Positions 44,987 to 55,475 of a stretch of 64,000 bases of DNA are shown piece by piece (positions within the stretch are counted from its first letter, which is position 1; each line of letters begins with the position of its first letter). The stretch is taken from the IMG/VR virus record IMGVR_UViG_3300042558_004043; one strand, 5' to 3'. The notes under the pieces were generated by a model. The model saw only the letters and a program-made list of their open reading frames with translations, made no database searches and was not told where the DNA came from. The position numbers and the translations under genes were made by a program. This DNA comes from a virus. Taxonomy: Duplodnaviria; Caudoviricetes.

Positions 44987-46663
44987 ATGAGTAGTTTAAA
45001 AGATATTCTTTCGAGTTTTCATCTACAAGATGAACTGAACCCAAAAATTTGGTCCAAAGACGGACAAAAAATGAATCCAAAGGTCCGTGAGAGACTATTG
45101 GAGATAACCAATGATTTTATAGAATTTTTGGGTGTTGACGTTATTGTTACTGATGTAATAATGACAGGTTCACTTGCCAACTACAATTGGTCAAAATTTT
45201 CAGACATTGATTTACATATTGTTGCGAATTTTTCTCAGTTTTCAGAAGAACAATTACCACTATACGAAGAGTTATTCAAACTCAAAAAAACTTTATATAA
45301 CGACAAACACAATATAAAGATTTTTGGTTATGACGTTGAATTATACGTCCAAAACGAAACCGAAATTCATTTTAGTAGTGGTGTTTATTCTGTGTTATTT
45401 GATGAATGGAGTAACAAACCTGAAAAAGAAACTGTCAAAATTGATAAGGAATTAATCAAAACCAAGTCTCAACAATGGATGGACATTATTGATAGTGTTA
45501 TAGAAAATGCTTCAGATGAACCAATTGAAAGTGCTAAGAAAATAATTAAAAAATACAAAGATAAGTTAAAAAAATATCGTACTTGTGGTCTTGAAAAAGA
45601 TGGAGAATATTCAGATGAAAATTTGGTATTTAAAGTTCTTAGAAGAAACGGGTATATTGAAAAACTTTTTAATTTTGAAGACAAGCACATTGATAAACAA
45701 TTATCACTCAAGGAGCAGGCTGAAAGTGATGAATACTCAAATATTGTCGATAGTTTAACCGAATTATCAAATAAAAATCTGACATTAATCAATGAACCAA
45801 AACCTAAAGGTCAAAAAATCTTTAATCCAAATACTGAAATTTTACAAACAGCTTTGACACTTATGGGTTATCCTTTACCTAAATTTGGTGTTGATGGTAA
45901 ATTTGGAAAAGAAACACAAACCGCAGTTGAGTCCTTCGAATCTGAAAATGGGTTAACTGTCGATGGTAAAGTTGATTCTAAAGACTTCAAAAAAATGTCA
46001 GAAGTTATTTTTAAAAGAAGACCTGTTAAAACTTTAGAACCAATAAAATCAAAAGAAACTGAATTAATCGTTAAAAAAGAACCGAAAATTATATCACCAT
46101 CAGGTTCAGTTGATTTTAGACAAATCACAAGAAGTGTCATTAATAATTTGGAAGGAGGTTATTACAATCCAAAATGGCACAATACAAAAGGAATGGGTAG
46201 GTCAGGTGAGACTATGTTTGGAATTGATAGAAGACATGGAGGTAACTATAATACAAGTCCTGCAGGTATTAAGTTTTGGGGTATTATAGACAAAAATAAA
46301 AGTCAACAGGTTTGGAAATATAACTACAGAGGAGGACAACTTGAAGGAGAACTCACAGATTTAGTTGTTGATATTATTCAACCTTTTTATAACGAATTTA
46401 AAAATAGATACTTGTCTCCAACGGCAAAGAAATTAGTTGATAGTGATTCAAGATTGACCTTCCATTTTGCTTATGCGGTTTGGAACGGACCAGGATGGTT
46501 TAGAAAATTTGCTAAAGTTATTAATAAAGCGGTTGAAAATGGGGAACTTAATACTGATGTATTGTCCAAAAAGGCAATAAGAAGTAGAGTTGATAGTGGT
46601 AATAGTTTGATTGCTAAGAGCGGAAGAAAGATAGATGACGTTCTTGGAATTAATGCTGCGTAA
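44987..46663 (+). CDS. nucleotidyltransferase + peptidoglycan-binding + GH108-like lysozyme fusion
   Basis: TGSLANY..SKFSDIDLH (GS, DxD); LQTAL..MGY..VDGKFGKET; LEGGYYN...GETMFGI. Confidence 0.75.
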   Translation: MSSLKDILSSFHLQDELNPKIWSKDGQKMNPKVRERLLEITNDFIEFLGVDVIVTDVIMTGSLANYNWSKFSDIDLHIVANFSQFSEEQLPLYEELFKLKKTLYNDKHNIKIFGYDVELYVQNETEIHFSSGVYSVLFDEWSNKPEKETVKIDKELIKTKSQQWMDIIDSVIENASDEPIESAKKIIKKYKDKLKKYRTCGLEKDGEYSDENLVFKVLRRNGYIEKLFNFEDKHIDKQLSLKEQAESDEYSNIVDSLTELSNKNLTLINEPKPKGQKIFNPNTEILQTALTLMGYPLPKFGVDGKFGKETQTAVESFESENGLTVDGKVDSKDFKKMSEVIFKRRPVKTLEPIKSKETELIVKKEPKIISPSGSVDFRQITRSVINNLEGGYYNPKWHNTKGMGRSGETMFGIDRRHGGNYNTSPAGIKFWGIIDKNKSQQVWKYNYRGGQLEGELTDLVVDIIQPFYNEFKNRYLSPTAKKLVDSDSRLTFHFAYAVWNGPGWFRKFAKVINKAVENGELNTDVLSKKAIRSRVDSGNSLIAKSGRKIDDVLGINAA

Positions 46664-46733
46664 TTTAAAATGAAATATTTATATTTCGCCGTATATTTAT
46701 ATAAAAAAATTAATTTTTTAAAAAGAAAAAAAA

Positions 46734-48023
46734 ATGGGAAACTTAAGACCAATTGGTAGTGAAAAATTAGATGGTATGGATAAAATTAACCGTATTATGG
46801 AGATTGCTCGTTATAACGAACATATCCCACAACCAATAAATGAAGATTCATCAAATGAATATAAAATCACTTTAGCTGATGGTATTAATTACCAAATAGT
46901 TAAAGAAAAGAATGGTTATGTAATTAAAAAAGGACTTAATGAGTCAATTGATTATCTTGAACCAATGAAAAATAGAAAATATTATTCTTCATATTCTGCG
47001 GCCTTTAAAAGACTTAATTTAATTGCTAAAGAAGTTAATATCAATGAAGGTCAAGACAAAAATATTTCTTTGTTTACTGAGAGTGAAGAATCTGAAAAGA
47101 AATATTATTTGAAATTGAATACCAACGAACAGGCCGCACCAGCACCAGCTCCCGCACCTGCTCCGGCACCTGCACCCGCACCCGAGGCGGACATTCCTGT
47201 ACCATCAGCTGAGCCTGAAGCGGAAATGCCCCCTATGGATGACATGGCGGATGAGGCTCCTGATGATGAAGTTGTTACTTTTAAAGTAATTCAAAAATTG
47301 ACAGGAAAATTAGGTCAAAAATTAAGAACACTGAATGCTGATGAAGAAACAAAAATGACATCTGATGACACAAAATATGTTATAAATTCGATTCTTTCGG
47401 CTTTAGATTTAAACGGTTTAGCTCCCGAAGACAAGGAAGAAATTATGTCCAAGTTTGAAGGTGGTGAAGATATGGGTATGGAACCTGATATGGGTGGTGA
47501 AGACATGGGTATGGAACCTGACACTTCGGAAGAACCTATGCCACCAGCACCTGAAGGTGAAATGGCTGAGGGAGATATGGGAATGTCAATGGATGATATT
47601 AGTTCAATGTTTGATGATGAAGAGTCTGATGATTTTGATTATCCTTCTGAACCAAGACATAGGAAAATTAAAGATAGAAGAATCAGTGATGACCGTGCAT
47701 ACAAAATGGAAGAAATGATTGAGGGTATTTTCTCTGAATCTAAAATTGACAAAATTTTAACCAAATACTTCCAAATTGATGAAGCGGAAAAAAGAGAAAT
47801 ACAAAATAAAAAACCAAAAGTGGTTTCAGAAGAAGTTGAACGTAAAAAATTAGTTAAGAGAGTTCAATATGTTTCTGAAAGTGAAACTCAGTATTTGAAA
47901 TCAAAGAAACTTATTAGCCAATACCCTGATGCTAAATTGTTAGGAAAAACAAAGAACAAAAATTTGGTTTTCCAAGTAAATGAGTCTAAAATTAAGATTA
48001 CTCCAAAGGGTGATGTTATATGA
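46734..48023 (+). CDS. acidic putative head/virion protein with (AP)n linker
   Basis: APAPAPAPAP tract, GGEDMGMEPD duplication; TATTTAT at 46694. Confidence 0.7.
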   Translation: MGNLRPIGSEKLDGMDKINRIMEIARYNEHIPQPINEDSSNEYKITLADGINYQIVKEKNGYVIKKGLNESIDYLEPMKNRKYYSSYSAAFKRLNLIAKEVNINEGQDKNISLFTESEESEKKYYLKLNTNEQAAPAPAPAPAPAPAPAPEADIPVPSAEPEAEMPPMDDMADEAPDDEVVTFKVIQKLTGKLGQKLRTLNADEETKMTSDDTKYVINSILSALDLNGLAPEDKEEIMSKFEGGEDMGMEPDMGGEDMGMEPDTSEEPMPPAPEGEMAEGDMGMSMDDISSMFDDEESDDFDYPSEPRHRKIKDRRISDDRAYKMEEMIEGIFSESKIDKILTKYFQIDEAEKREIQNKKPKVVSEEVERKKLVKRVQYVSESETQYLKSKKLISQYPDAKLLGKTKNKNLVFQVNESKIKITPKGDVI

Positions 48024-48433
48024 GCTATTTGATATTTGTAAATGAATTAGGACCAAATTATAAGGGAGATAACATATACGAGTTTATTTTTTCTGACGAT
48101 TTGGAAGGTGTGTGGGGGGATTCATGGGAATCAAAACCATCAAACGGATACCCCCTCCCACCTGACTTAGAACATATAAAAAAGGTTGGAGTTTTGAAAA
48201 ACGACATAATAACAATGTCTGTGATTCAAAACTCTGATTATTTTTCAATGGTTGATGCGGTTGATGGTGTGATAGCTTTGTGTTGGGAAAATGAAAGTGA
48301 AACGATTGATTTTGACAGAAACAAGCGTTTGGTTTTTAGATTCGGTGAACCTGAAGAAACTGTAAAAAATAAACTATACGAAAGAGACATCGTATTAGAA
48401 TTTGAAAAAAAAATATTCTATGAAAGCCAATAA
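48020..48433 (+). CDS. conserved hypothetical protein in head module
   Basis: ATGA-coupled; YEFIFS...DAVDGVIALCWE. Confidence 0.7.
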   Translation: MSYLIFVNELGPNYKGDNIYEFIFSDDLEGVWGDSWESKPSNGYPLPPDLEHIKKVGVLKNDIITMSVIQNSDYFSMVDAVDGVIALCWENESETIDFDRNKRLVFRFGEPEETVKNKLYERDIVLEFEKKIFYESQ

Positions 48434-49430
48434 AAAAATAATGGAGTTATTAAATCACGGGTTTAGTAATTCTTTGCTTTCTAATCTTAATGAGAGACAA
48501 ATTGATTCTTTACATCAGAGACTTGAAGAGTCAAAAAAAGAAAATAAGGAACAAATAACAACAAGTGCAACCACGGTTCAAATTGTTGGACCCAAAGGAG
48601 GAACAACTACAATCGGGGGAAAACCTGTCACTATGACTCCAACTTCCGCAGGTATGGCAATTAAAGCTGAGAGCGAAATGAATGAGGATGATGATACTGA
48701 CATTGCATTGGCTTTACAATCTAAAGAAACCAATGAACAAGAATCTAATGATGGTGATATTTTATTAGCAATGAATGACCCTGAAATTGCGGTTACATTT
48801 GGTGCTCAAGATTTAGGAGAAAAATTTGAATCAAAAAAACAACAAAAATATTTTTGGTACAAGTGTGGTGATGGTAAAACAAAAGAACAGAAAAAGTGGT
48901 GTAAGATGGCAAAAGAATTTTCTGATTCTACTAAAAATTTTAGTAAATTACCTGAAAAAAAGAAAAAAGAAACAAAAGAAGAATTTGGAATGGGTGATTA
49001 CACAAAAAAATTATCATCAGTGTTAGCAAATAATTTAGAAAAAGCTGCGTATAATATGAAACCTGATGTTAAATTTGGCGAAAGTGTTTTAGAAAAGAAA
49101 ATTAGTAATTTAGTAGAAAAACATTTACCACCTAAGATGAGCAAAAAAGATTTAGTAAATATGATTAATGAGGCCGGAAAAGAAGTTGAGACCCCTGTTA
49201 AACCGGATGTTAAACCTGAAAGACCAAAGCCTCAAACCCCATATCAACCAAAACATAAACCAGCTCCAAAGGCCGGTGAGAGAGAAGTAGAAACCCCTGT
49301 CAAACCTGACGTTAAACCTGAAAGACCAAAACCACAAACTCCATATCAACCAAAACATAAACCAGCTCCAAAGGCCGAGGATGTTCCACAATGGTTAACA
49401 TTTGGGTCCATTGGTATTAATTTGAAATAA
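48420..49430 (+). CDS. putative virion protein with Pro/Lys repeat
   Basis: ATG 48420; KKQQKYFW.KC...WCKMAKEF segment. Confidence 0.7.
   Translation: MKANKKIMELLNHGFSNSLLSNLNERQIDSLHQRLEESKKENKEQITTSATTVQIVGPKGGTTTIGGKPVTMTPTSAGMAIKAESEMNEDDDTDIALALQSKETNEQESNDGDILLAMNDPEIAVTFGAQDLGEKFESKKQQKYFWYKCGDGKTKEQKKWCKMAKEFSDSTKNFSKLPEKKKKETKEEFGMGDYTKKLSSVLANNLEKAAYNMKPDVKFGESVLEKKISNLVEKHLPPKMSKKDLVNMINEAGKEVETPVKPDVKPERPKPQTPYQPKHKPAPKAGEREVETPVKPDVKPERPKPQTPYQPKHKPAPKAEDVPQWLTFGSIGINLK
49182..49376 (+). repeat. 102-bp coding direct repeat (two copies)
   Basis: EVETPVKPDVKPERPKPQTPYQPKHKPAPKA twice, with synonymous differences. Confidence 0.9.
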
Positions 49431-49431
49431 A

Positions 49432-50757
49432 ATGAGTTTCAATCCTAATATGAAAAAAGTTATTACAGAAAGGAACAATTTAGAAAAAAAATTGGTTTCT
49501 GAGGGTCTAACGACAAAAGAAAAACAAACATTGAAAAACCTTAAATCAAAATTGAACGAGGCTCCGATTGATTACGAAGGTCCTGAAAGGATGGGTCGTG
49601 ACATCGAGAGAAAAATAACTAGTAAAGAAACTCCATATTCTGAAAATCCGGCATTACCAAAGGGTGACCGAGACTTTGTTGAGTTAGTTTCGTCAAAAAG
49701 ATTCAAAGATTCTGTTGACACTGTAAGACGATATTTGGGTACTACCGCACCTTTACAGGGAGGTAATCCCCTCATGCAACTTATGGGAATGGCAATGCAG
49801 TCGTTACAACAAGTAATGAGAATTGAATTTCAAAATAAAGAATACCTCGAAAGATTGGCGGTTGATTTGGTTAAAAAAGAAATGGGAATTCCTGACGGGG
49901 CAATGCAGTTTGATGCAAAATTGGTCCAAGGACCGATGTCATCTGCAGAAGGAATGAGGTCCACGCCTCAGAAACCAAGTAAAGAGGAAGTTAAACAGGC
50001 CTTTAAACATAAAGAAGAACTTGAGGATTTTGCTGATGAGTTTGAGAAATTCAATTTAGAAAAATCAAAAAGAAGATTTATTAATTCACTCATACAAGGG
50101 GCGTCTAAAAAAGGACACTATATGTTTGAGTTAGTTAGAGATGAACTAAACCGTCTTGACCCTAATTTGGTAAATCTATACGGTGTTAACCAATCACTTA
50201 TGGACCACCTTTATTGGGTAATGCCTGATATGGAAGGTATGGCAGCAAGTGGCGGAGGTCAAATGGGACAAACAAGTGTTGACCCTGAAACCGACCCACC
50301 AACTGTAAAAGCAAGAGCCGCAACATTCCCACTTCTTATCCACGAATTGATTAAGGGTATTTATGAAATATTTGGTACTCACGGACTTCCAGATGACCCA
50401 CGTCAGGCCGAAATGGTTATGGGGTCTGAGGATACTCTACCCGCAGAAATATGGGACATGAGATTAGGTCCAATATTTTGGGAAAAATTCACTGAAGCAT
50501 ACCCAATTGAGTTATTTGATGAAGATAAGAAACATATTCAACATTATTTGTTCATGAGATTTTCTAAATTACCGGCCGAGGATTTCTTCAAATTCGCTAA
50601 AGCGGTGTTAAACGGAGACCCATCAGGAGCAAAGGCCATGCAAAGAATGGTTGATGAGATTGTTTCAGATTTAAAGAAACAAGAATATGAACAAGAGTCT
50701 TCCAAATGGGAAGACGATGATATCGACGATGTTGACCTTTCAAGTTTAGGTCTATAA
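49432..50757 (+). CDS. conserved hypothetical protein upstream of terminase
   Basis: 441 aa; KRRFINSLIQG, LLIHELIKG. Confidence 0.75.
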   Translation: MSFNPNMKKVITERNNLEKKLVSEGLTTKEKQTLKNLKSKLNEAPIDYEGPERMGRDIERKITSKETPYSENPALPKGDRDFVELVSSKRFKDSVDTVRRYLGTTAPLQGGNPLMQLMGMAMQSLQQVMRIEFQNKEYLERLAVDLVKKEMGIPDGAMQFDAKLVQGPMSSAEGMRSTPQKPSKEEVKQAFKHKEELEDFADEFEKFNLEKSKRRFINSLIQGASKKGHYMFELVRDELNRLDPNLVNLYGVNQSLMDHLYWVMPDMEGMAASGGGQMGQTSVDPETDPPTVKARAATFPLLIHELIKGIYEIFGTHGLPDDPRQAEMVMGSEDTLPAEIWDMRLGPIFWEKFTEAYPIELFDEDKKHIQHYLFMRFSKLPAEDFFKFAKAVLNGDPSGAKAMQRMVDEIVSDLKKQEYEQESSKWEDDDIDDVDLSSLGL

Positions 50758-50809
50758 TAAAAACCCCCACTTAGTTGGGGGTTTAATATTTATATACAAA
50801 TATAGTCTT

Positions 50810-52570
50810 ATGACAAAAGAACAATTAATGCTTGAGTACGTAAAGTGCATGAAGGATACTCCATACGCACTACGTACCTATTTACAAACTTATGACAATA
50901 CCGTTTCGAAGTATGTTCCATTAGAACTATTTCCTGACCAAATTTCGTTACTTGATGACTATGAAAACTTTAACGAAAATATTGCATTAAAATATAGACA
51001 GGCAGGAGTTTCTACGGTTACCGCTGCTTGGGTATCAAAAAAGTTAGCCTTCGCAAAGAAAAACAAACCTGAAAAAATTCTAATTATCGCCAACAAACTT
51101 GACACATCTCAAGAAATGGCAAATAAAATAAGAGCGTTTATAACACAATGGCCTGAGTGGGTTGGTGTTGGATTTTCCGTCGAGAAAGACTCTCAAAAAC
51201 ACTATAAATTAAATAATGGATGTGAAGTAAAGGCGGTTGCGACATCAAAGGATGCACTTCGTGGATTCACCCCAACGATACTTATATTTGACGAGGCCGC
51301 GTTTATCGACGCAGATTCTGATTTTTGGGCGGCTTGTATGGCGTCCCTATCTACGGGTGGTAAAGTAATTGTAGTTTCAACACCTAATGGATATGACCCA
51401 ATCTATTATGAGATTTATGACCAAGCATTAAGAAATATGAATGATTTCAAAATTTCTGAGATGTATTGGTTTAGAGACCCAAGATATACCAGAGATTTAT
51501 ATTTGGTTAAAACTAAAGATATTATTCATTACTTACTAAACAAAGAAGAGTATAGTAAGGACGATGTTATAAGTTGGGAGAGTATACCCTTTGACGATAG
51601 AAACTACGAAGAACTTAAACTTATTATGGATACAGGTTATAAACCTTGTTCGGCTTGGTTTGAGGGTATGGTTAAGAAACTTAAATACGATAAACGTAAA
51701 GTATCTCAAGAGTTAGAATGTAACTTTTTGGGTTCGGGTGATAACGTATTTGATTCTAATTTGTTACAAAGAGTTAGAGAAAATTATATAAGAGAACCTC
51801 AAAATAAGATGATGGGTAACGCTCTTTGGATTTGGAAAGAACCAGTTGTTGGTCACAAATATGTTATGGGGGTTGACGTTAGTAGAGGAGATAGTGAAGA
51901 CTTTAGTTCATTTCAAATTATAGATTTTGATGAGAGAGAACAAGTTGCCGAGTACGTTGGTAAGTTACCTCCTGATACAATGGCTGAGATTTGTTATAAA
52001 TGGGCCAATATGTATTCTTGTTTTGTCGTAATAGATATAACCGGAGGAATGGGGGTATCAACAGCAAGAAAAATGCAAGAGATTGGATTTAAAAATCTAT
52101 ATGTTGATGGTGTTGATGTTGCAAACAAATGGAAGTGGGACCCAAAGGCCGCTGAAAAAATACCGGGTATTAATTTTAATAACAAAAGAGTTCAAATCAT
52201 AGCCTCGTTTGAGGAAGTCATGAGACATGATTTTAAAATTTATAGTAGTCGTTTGTTTAATGAGATGAATACATTTGTTTACATTAACGGAAGACCTGAC
52301 CACCAAAAGGGTCATCACGATGACTTAATTATGTCAATCGCCATGGCAACATATGTTGCTGAGTCATCTTTCAGTCAATTAACCAAAGTTACAGAACAAA
52401 CAAAGGCCATGATTGATTCGTGGTCTGTAAGTAATAATGATAATGTAACTAACCAACTTGCGTTTAATCCGGTATTACCAAATATCAATGAAAAAATCAA
52501 TCAATATGGTCAACAGAATGTCACCAGAGACGATTATATGAAATATAATTGGTTATTCGGAGGTAGGTAA
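50810..52570 (+). CDS. terL: terminase large subunit (T4 gp17-like)
   Basis: LKYRQAGVST Walker A, LIFDEAAF Walker B, VSTPNG, nuclease GVDVSRG, HHDDLIMS. Confidence 0.95.
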   Translation: MTKEQLMLEYVKCMKDTPYALRTYLQTYDNTVSKYVPLELFPDQISLLDDYENFNENIALKYRQAGVSTVTAAWVSKKLAFAKKNKPEKILIIANKLDTSQEMANKIRAFITQWPEWVGVGFSVEKDSQKHYKLNNGCEVKAVATSKDALRGFTPTILIFDEAAFIDADSDFWAACMASLSTGGKVIVVSTPNGYDPIYYEIYDQALRNMNDFKISEMYWFRDPRYTRDLYLVKTKDIIHYLLNKEEYSKDDVISWESIPFDDRNYEELKLIMDTGYKPCSAWFEGMVKKLKYDKRKVSQELECNFLGSGDNVFDSNLLQRVRENYIREPQNKMMGNALWIWKEPVVGHKYVMGVDVSRGDSEDFSSFQIIDFDEREQVAEYVGKLPPDTMAEICYKWANMYSCFVVIDITGGMGVSTARKMQEIGFKNLYVDGVDVANKWKWDPKAAEKIPGINFNNKRVQIIASFEEVMRHDFKIYSSRLFNEMNTFVYINGRPDHQKGHHDDLIMSIAMATYVAESSFSQLTKVTEQTKAMIDSWSVSNNDNVTNQLAFNPVLPNINEKINQYGQQNVTRDDYMKYNWLFGGR

Positions 52571-52606
52571 TATTTATATTATTGATAAAGTGATTAAATT
52601 ATCTTA

Positions 52607-54448
52607 ATGGAAAATAATAAACAATTTACGGTTTGGCAAAGACTCACAAGAGCGTTTGGACCAAACGCACTATTAAACCAAGACTATCCAACCTATAAGT
52701 TTGATAAAGAAGAATTATTAAAAACTACGTCCAAGCAGGAATATGAAAAAGAGTTATTACAAGCTCAACAAACATACTACCTTGCCAACCAATGGACAAA
52801 AATTGAAAGTAATCTTTATACTCAAGCGGTATATTATGAACCAACAAGATTGGCTTCATTTTACGATTACGAATCTATGGAATATACTCCTGAGATATCG
52901 GCAGCTTTGGACATTTATGGGGAAGAATCAACTACTGTTGACCAATATGGTTATATGTTACAGATTTATTCTGAGTCAAAAAGAATAAAAGGAATACTTG
53001 CGGATTTGTTCAATAACGCATTAGACGTAAATACTAACTTACCAATGTGGACAAGAAACACTTGTAAGTATGGTGATAATTTTGTTTATTTAAAATTGGA
53101 TTCGGACAAGGGTGTTGTCGGTTGTATGCAACTCCCAAACATTGAGATTGAACGTTTGGAACGAGGTATGCCGGCAAAATCTCAAAACGTAGAGGAACCA
53201 AAAGAAAATAGAGGTTTAAGATTTAAGTGGAAGGCAAAAGACATGGAATTCAATTCATGGGAGATTGCTCACTTTAGATTAATGGGTGATGATAGAAAAC
53301 TTCCTTACGGTACTTCTATGTTGGAAAAAGCTCGTCGTATTTGGAAACAATTATTGTTATCAGAGGATGCGATGTTGATATATAGAACATCAAGAGCACC
53401 TGAAAGACGTGTGTTTAAAGTGTTTGTTGGTAATATGGACGATAAAGATGTTGAGGCGTATGTACAACGTGTTGCAAATAAATTTAAACGTAGTCAGGTT
53501 GTTGACAGCCAAACAGGTAATGTCGATTTGAGATTCAATCAAATGGCGGTTGACCAAGATTACTTTATTCCTGTTCGTGACCCGGCTCAAGCGTCACCAA
53601 TTGAAACATTAGACGGGGCTAAAAACTTATCGGAAATAGCTGACATTGAATATATCCAAAAGAAACTTTTAACTGCACTTCGTGTTCCAAAAGCGTTTTT
53701 AGGCTTTGAGGAAGTTGTAGGGGAAGGTAAAAATTTATCTTTACAAGATATTCGTTTTGCTCGTACAATAAACAGAATCCAAAAGTGTATGATTGCCGAA
53801 TTGAACAAAATTGCTATTATTCACCTTTTCTTATTAGGTTTTGAGGATGAGTTAACTAATTTTACTTTAGGATTAACTAACCCATCGACCCAAGCTGACT
53901 TACTTAAAATCGATGTTTGGAAAGAAAAGATGTTATTATACAAAGATGCGGTTGGGGCTATTGAAGGTATTGCTCCAGTGTCTGTGTCTTGGGCTAAAAA
54001 ACATATTCTTGGATTCAGTGATGAAGAAATTAAACTTGATTTACAACAACAACGTATTGAAAAGGCCGTTGGAGCTGAGTTAACAAACACCGCCACAATT
54101 ATTGCTCACACAGGTATATTTGATAATGTGGATAAATTATATGGAGGACCTGGTTCAGGAGCAACCGCTTCATCCGCTGCAACTCCTCCACCACCTCCAG
54201 GAGGTGATATGGGAGGTGAAATGGGAGGTTTGGGTCCTGAACCTGGAGGAGCTGAATTACCTCCTCCACCACCTCCACCAGGTGGTGAAGAGGGTGGAAT
54301 AACTCCTGAATCGTTTAATAGAGATAATTTAAATATTTTATTAGAATCGGACTCATTATTTGAAGAGGATTCTTATATCGATTTATCTAAAGCTAAAAAT
54401 TCATTAGGTCAAATGGAGTCTCAACTAGAAAAACTTCTGAGAGATTGA
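52607..54448 (+). CDS. portal protein (T4 gp20-like)
   Basis: IAHFRL, SMLEKARR.WKQL, YRTSRAPERRVF, DYFIPVR, LRVPKAFL. Confidence 0.95.
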   Translation: MENNKQFTVWQRLTRAFGPNALLNQDYPTYKFDKEELLKTTSKQEYEKELLQAQQTYYLANQWTKIESNLYTQAVYYEPTRLASFYDYESMEYTPEISAALDIYGEESTTVDQYGYMLQIYSESKRIKGILADLFNNALDVNTNLPMWTRNTCKYGDNFVYLKLDSDKGVVGCMQLPNIEIERLERGMPAKSQNVEEPKENRGLRFKWKAKDMEFNSWEIAHFRLMGDDRKLPYGTSMLEKARRIWKQLLLSEDAMLIYRTSRAPERRVFKVFVGNMDDKDVEAYVQRVANKFKRSQVVDSQTGNVDLRFNQMAVDQDYFIPVRDPAQASPIETLDGAKNLSEIADIEYIQKKLLTALRVPKAFLGFEEVVGEGKNLSLQDIRFARTINRIQKCMIAELNKIAIIHLFLLGFEDELTNFTLGLTNPSTQADLLKIDVWKEKMLLYKDAVGAIEGIAPVSVSWAKKHILGFSDEEIKLDLQQQRIEKAVGAELTNTATIIAHTGIFDNVDKLYGGPGSGATASSAATPPPPPGGDMGGEMGGLGPEPGGAELPPPPPPPGGEEGGITPESFNRDNLNILLESDSLFEEDSYIDLSKAKNSLGQMESQLEKLLRD

Positions 54449-54469
54449 TATTTATAATAAAAAAAGAAA

Positions 54470-55192
54470 ATGATTAAGTTCGGAAATATTAAATCAAAGA
54501 TTGAAGAAAAATTACTTGAATCTTATTCTAAGAATACTTTTAAATCTGAAATGAGGAATTTTAAGTCTTTAGTTTTGGGTAATAAGAATATTAGTAAGTT
54601 GTTTTATCTATACGATGAAATGAGTTCAAATAAAGGTTTAAACGAATCTTTGGTTAATGATTACATCTATGAATGTGTTACAATTTATGAGAACACCGTA
54701 AATAAAATTGATGAATCAACAATCAACAATCTAAAGAAATGGGTTTCTGATGTTAAATGTGATAATAAGTACGAGAACATTGATAATTTGTTTTCAACTG
54801 ACGTTTTAACAATTGAGTCTCGTTTAAAAAGTAAAAAGGTTATTTCTGAAAACTTAATTAAGTCTACTGAAACCAAAAAAACAGAAACAGTTAATTTGCC
54901 GATTTCAACTATGATTAATATTGCAAATAAAACTTTCTCAAATTACGTTGAAAATTTAAATGAGTCTGACAGACAAGATTTAATTAAATTTTTAAAGACC
55001 GAAGACTCTGAATTGGAACCTCAGTTTGAGTCAATTAAAAATGAGGTTAAAACAAAATTAACTTCTTTGAAGGAAGGCACACAAGATAATGACACTTTAG
55101 ACAGAGTTGAAGAAACAATAACAAAAGTTGATTCTGAGACGTATAATAAATTGTCATACTTCAGATTAAAGAACTTGAACGAAAGTCTTTAA
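54470..55192 (+). CDS. hypothetical head-module protein
   Basis: 240 aa between portal and bS21; TATTTATA at 54449. Confidence 0.7.
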   Translation: MIKFGNIKSKIEEKLLESYSKNTFKSEMRNFKSLVLGNKNISKLFYLYDEMSSNKGLNESLVNDYIYECVTIYENTVNKIDESTINNLKKWVSDVKCDNKYENIDNLFSTDVLTIESRLKSKKVISENLIKSTETKKTETVNLPISTMINIANKTFSNYVENLNESDRQDLIKFLKTEDSELEPQFESIKNEVKTKLTSLKEGTQDNDTLDRVEETITKVDSETYNKLSYFRLKNLNESL

Positions 55193-55380
55193 TCCTCAGA
55201 GTCTTTTCTTTTTTGAACGTATTTGGCTTTTTTAAGAATATCTCTTTTTCTAATAGATTTTTTGGTATATTCTTTTCTATTAACCAACTCAGAGGTTTGT
55301 TTTGTTTTAATAACTTTGCTCTTAAGAATTTTAAGTGCCTTCTCAATATTAATATTTTTATCTAATTTAACGATTAACAT
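55189..55380 (-). CDS. rpsU: ribosomal protein bS21
   Basis: IEKALKILKSKV..T....ELVNRKEYTKKSIRKR....KAKY; TATATTTG on minus at 55426-55433. Confidence 0.85.
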   Translation of the reverse strand: MLIVKLDKNINIEKALKILKSKVIKTKQTSELVNRKEYTKKSIRKRDILKKAKYVQKRKDSED

Positions 55381-55475
55381 ATATTACAAATATCTTTAAA
55401 ATAAGTTTTTTTTTGACTATCGGTACAAATATACTTATTTTTTTTAAAAATAAACTTGTATAATATGGAAAGTTG

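Noticed and set aside
49432-50757. Terminase small subunit call for the gene upstream of terL
   Set aside because: At 441 aa it is much larger than typical TerS and has no recognisable motif; left as hypothetical.
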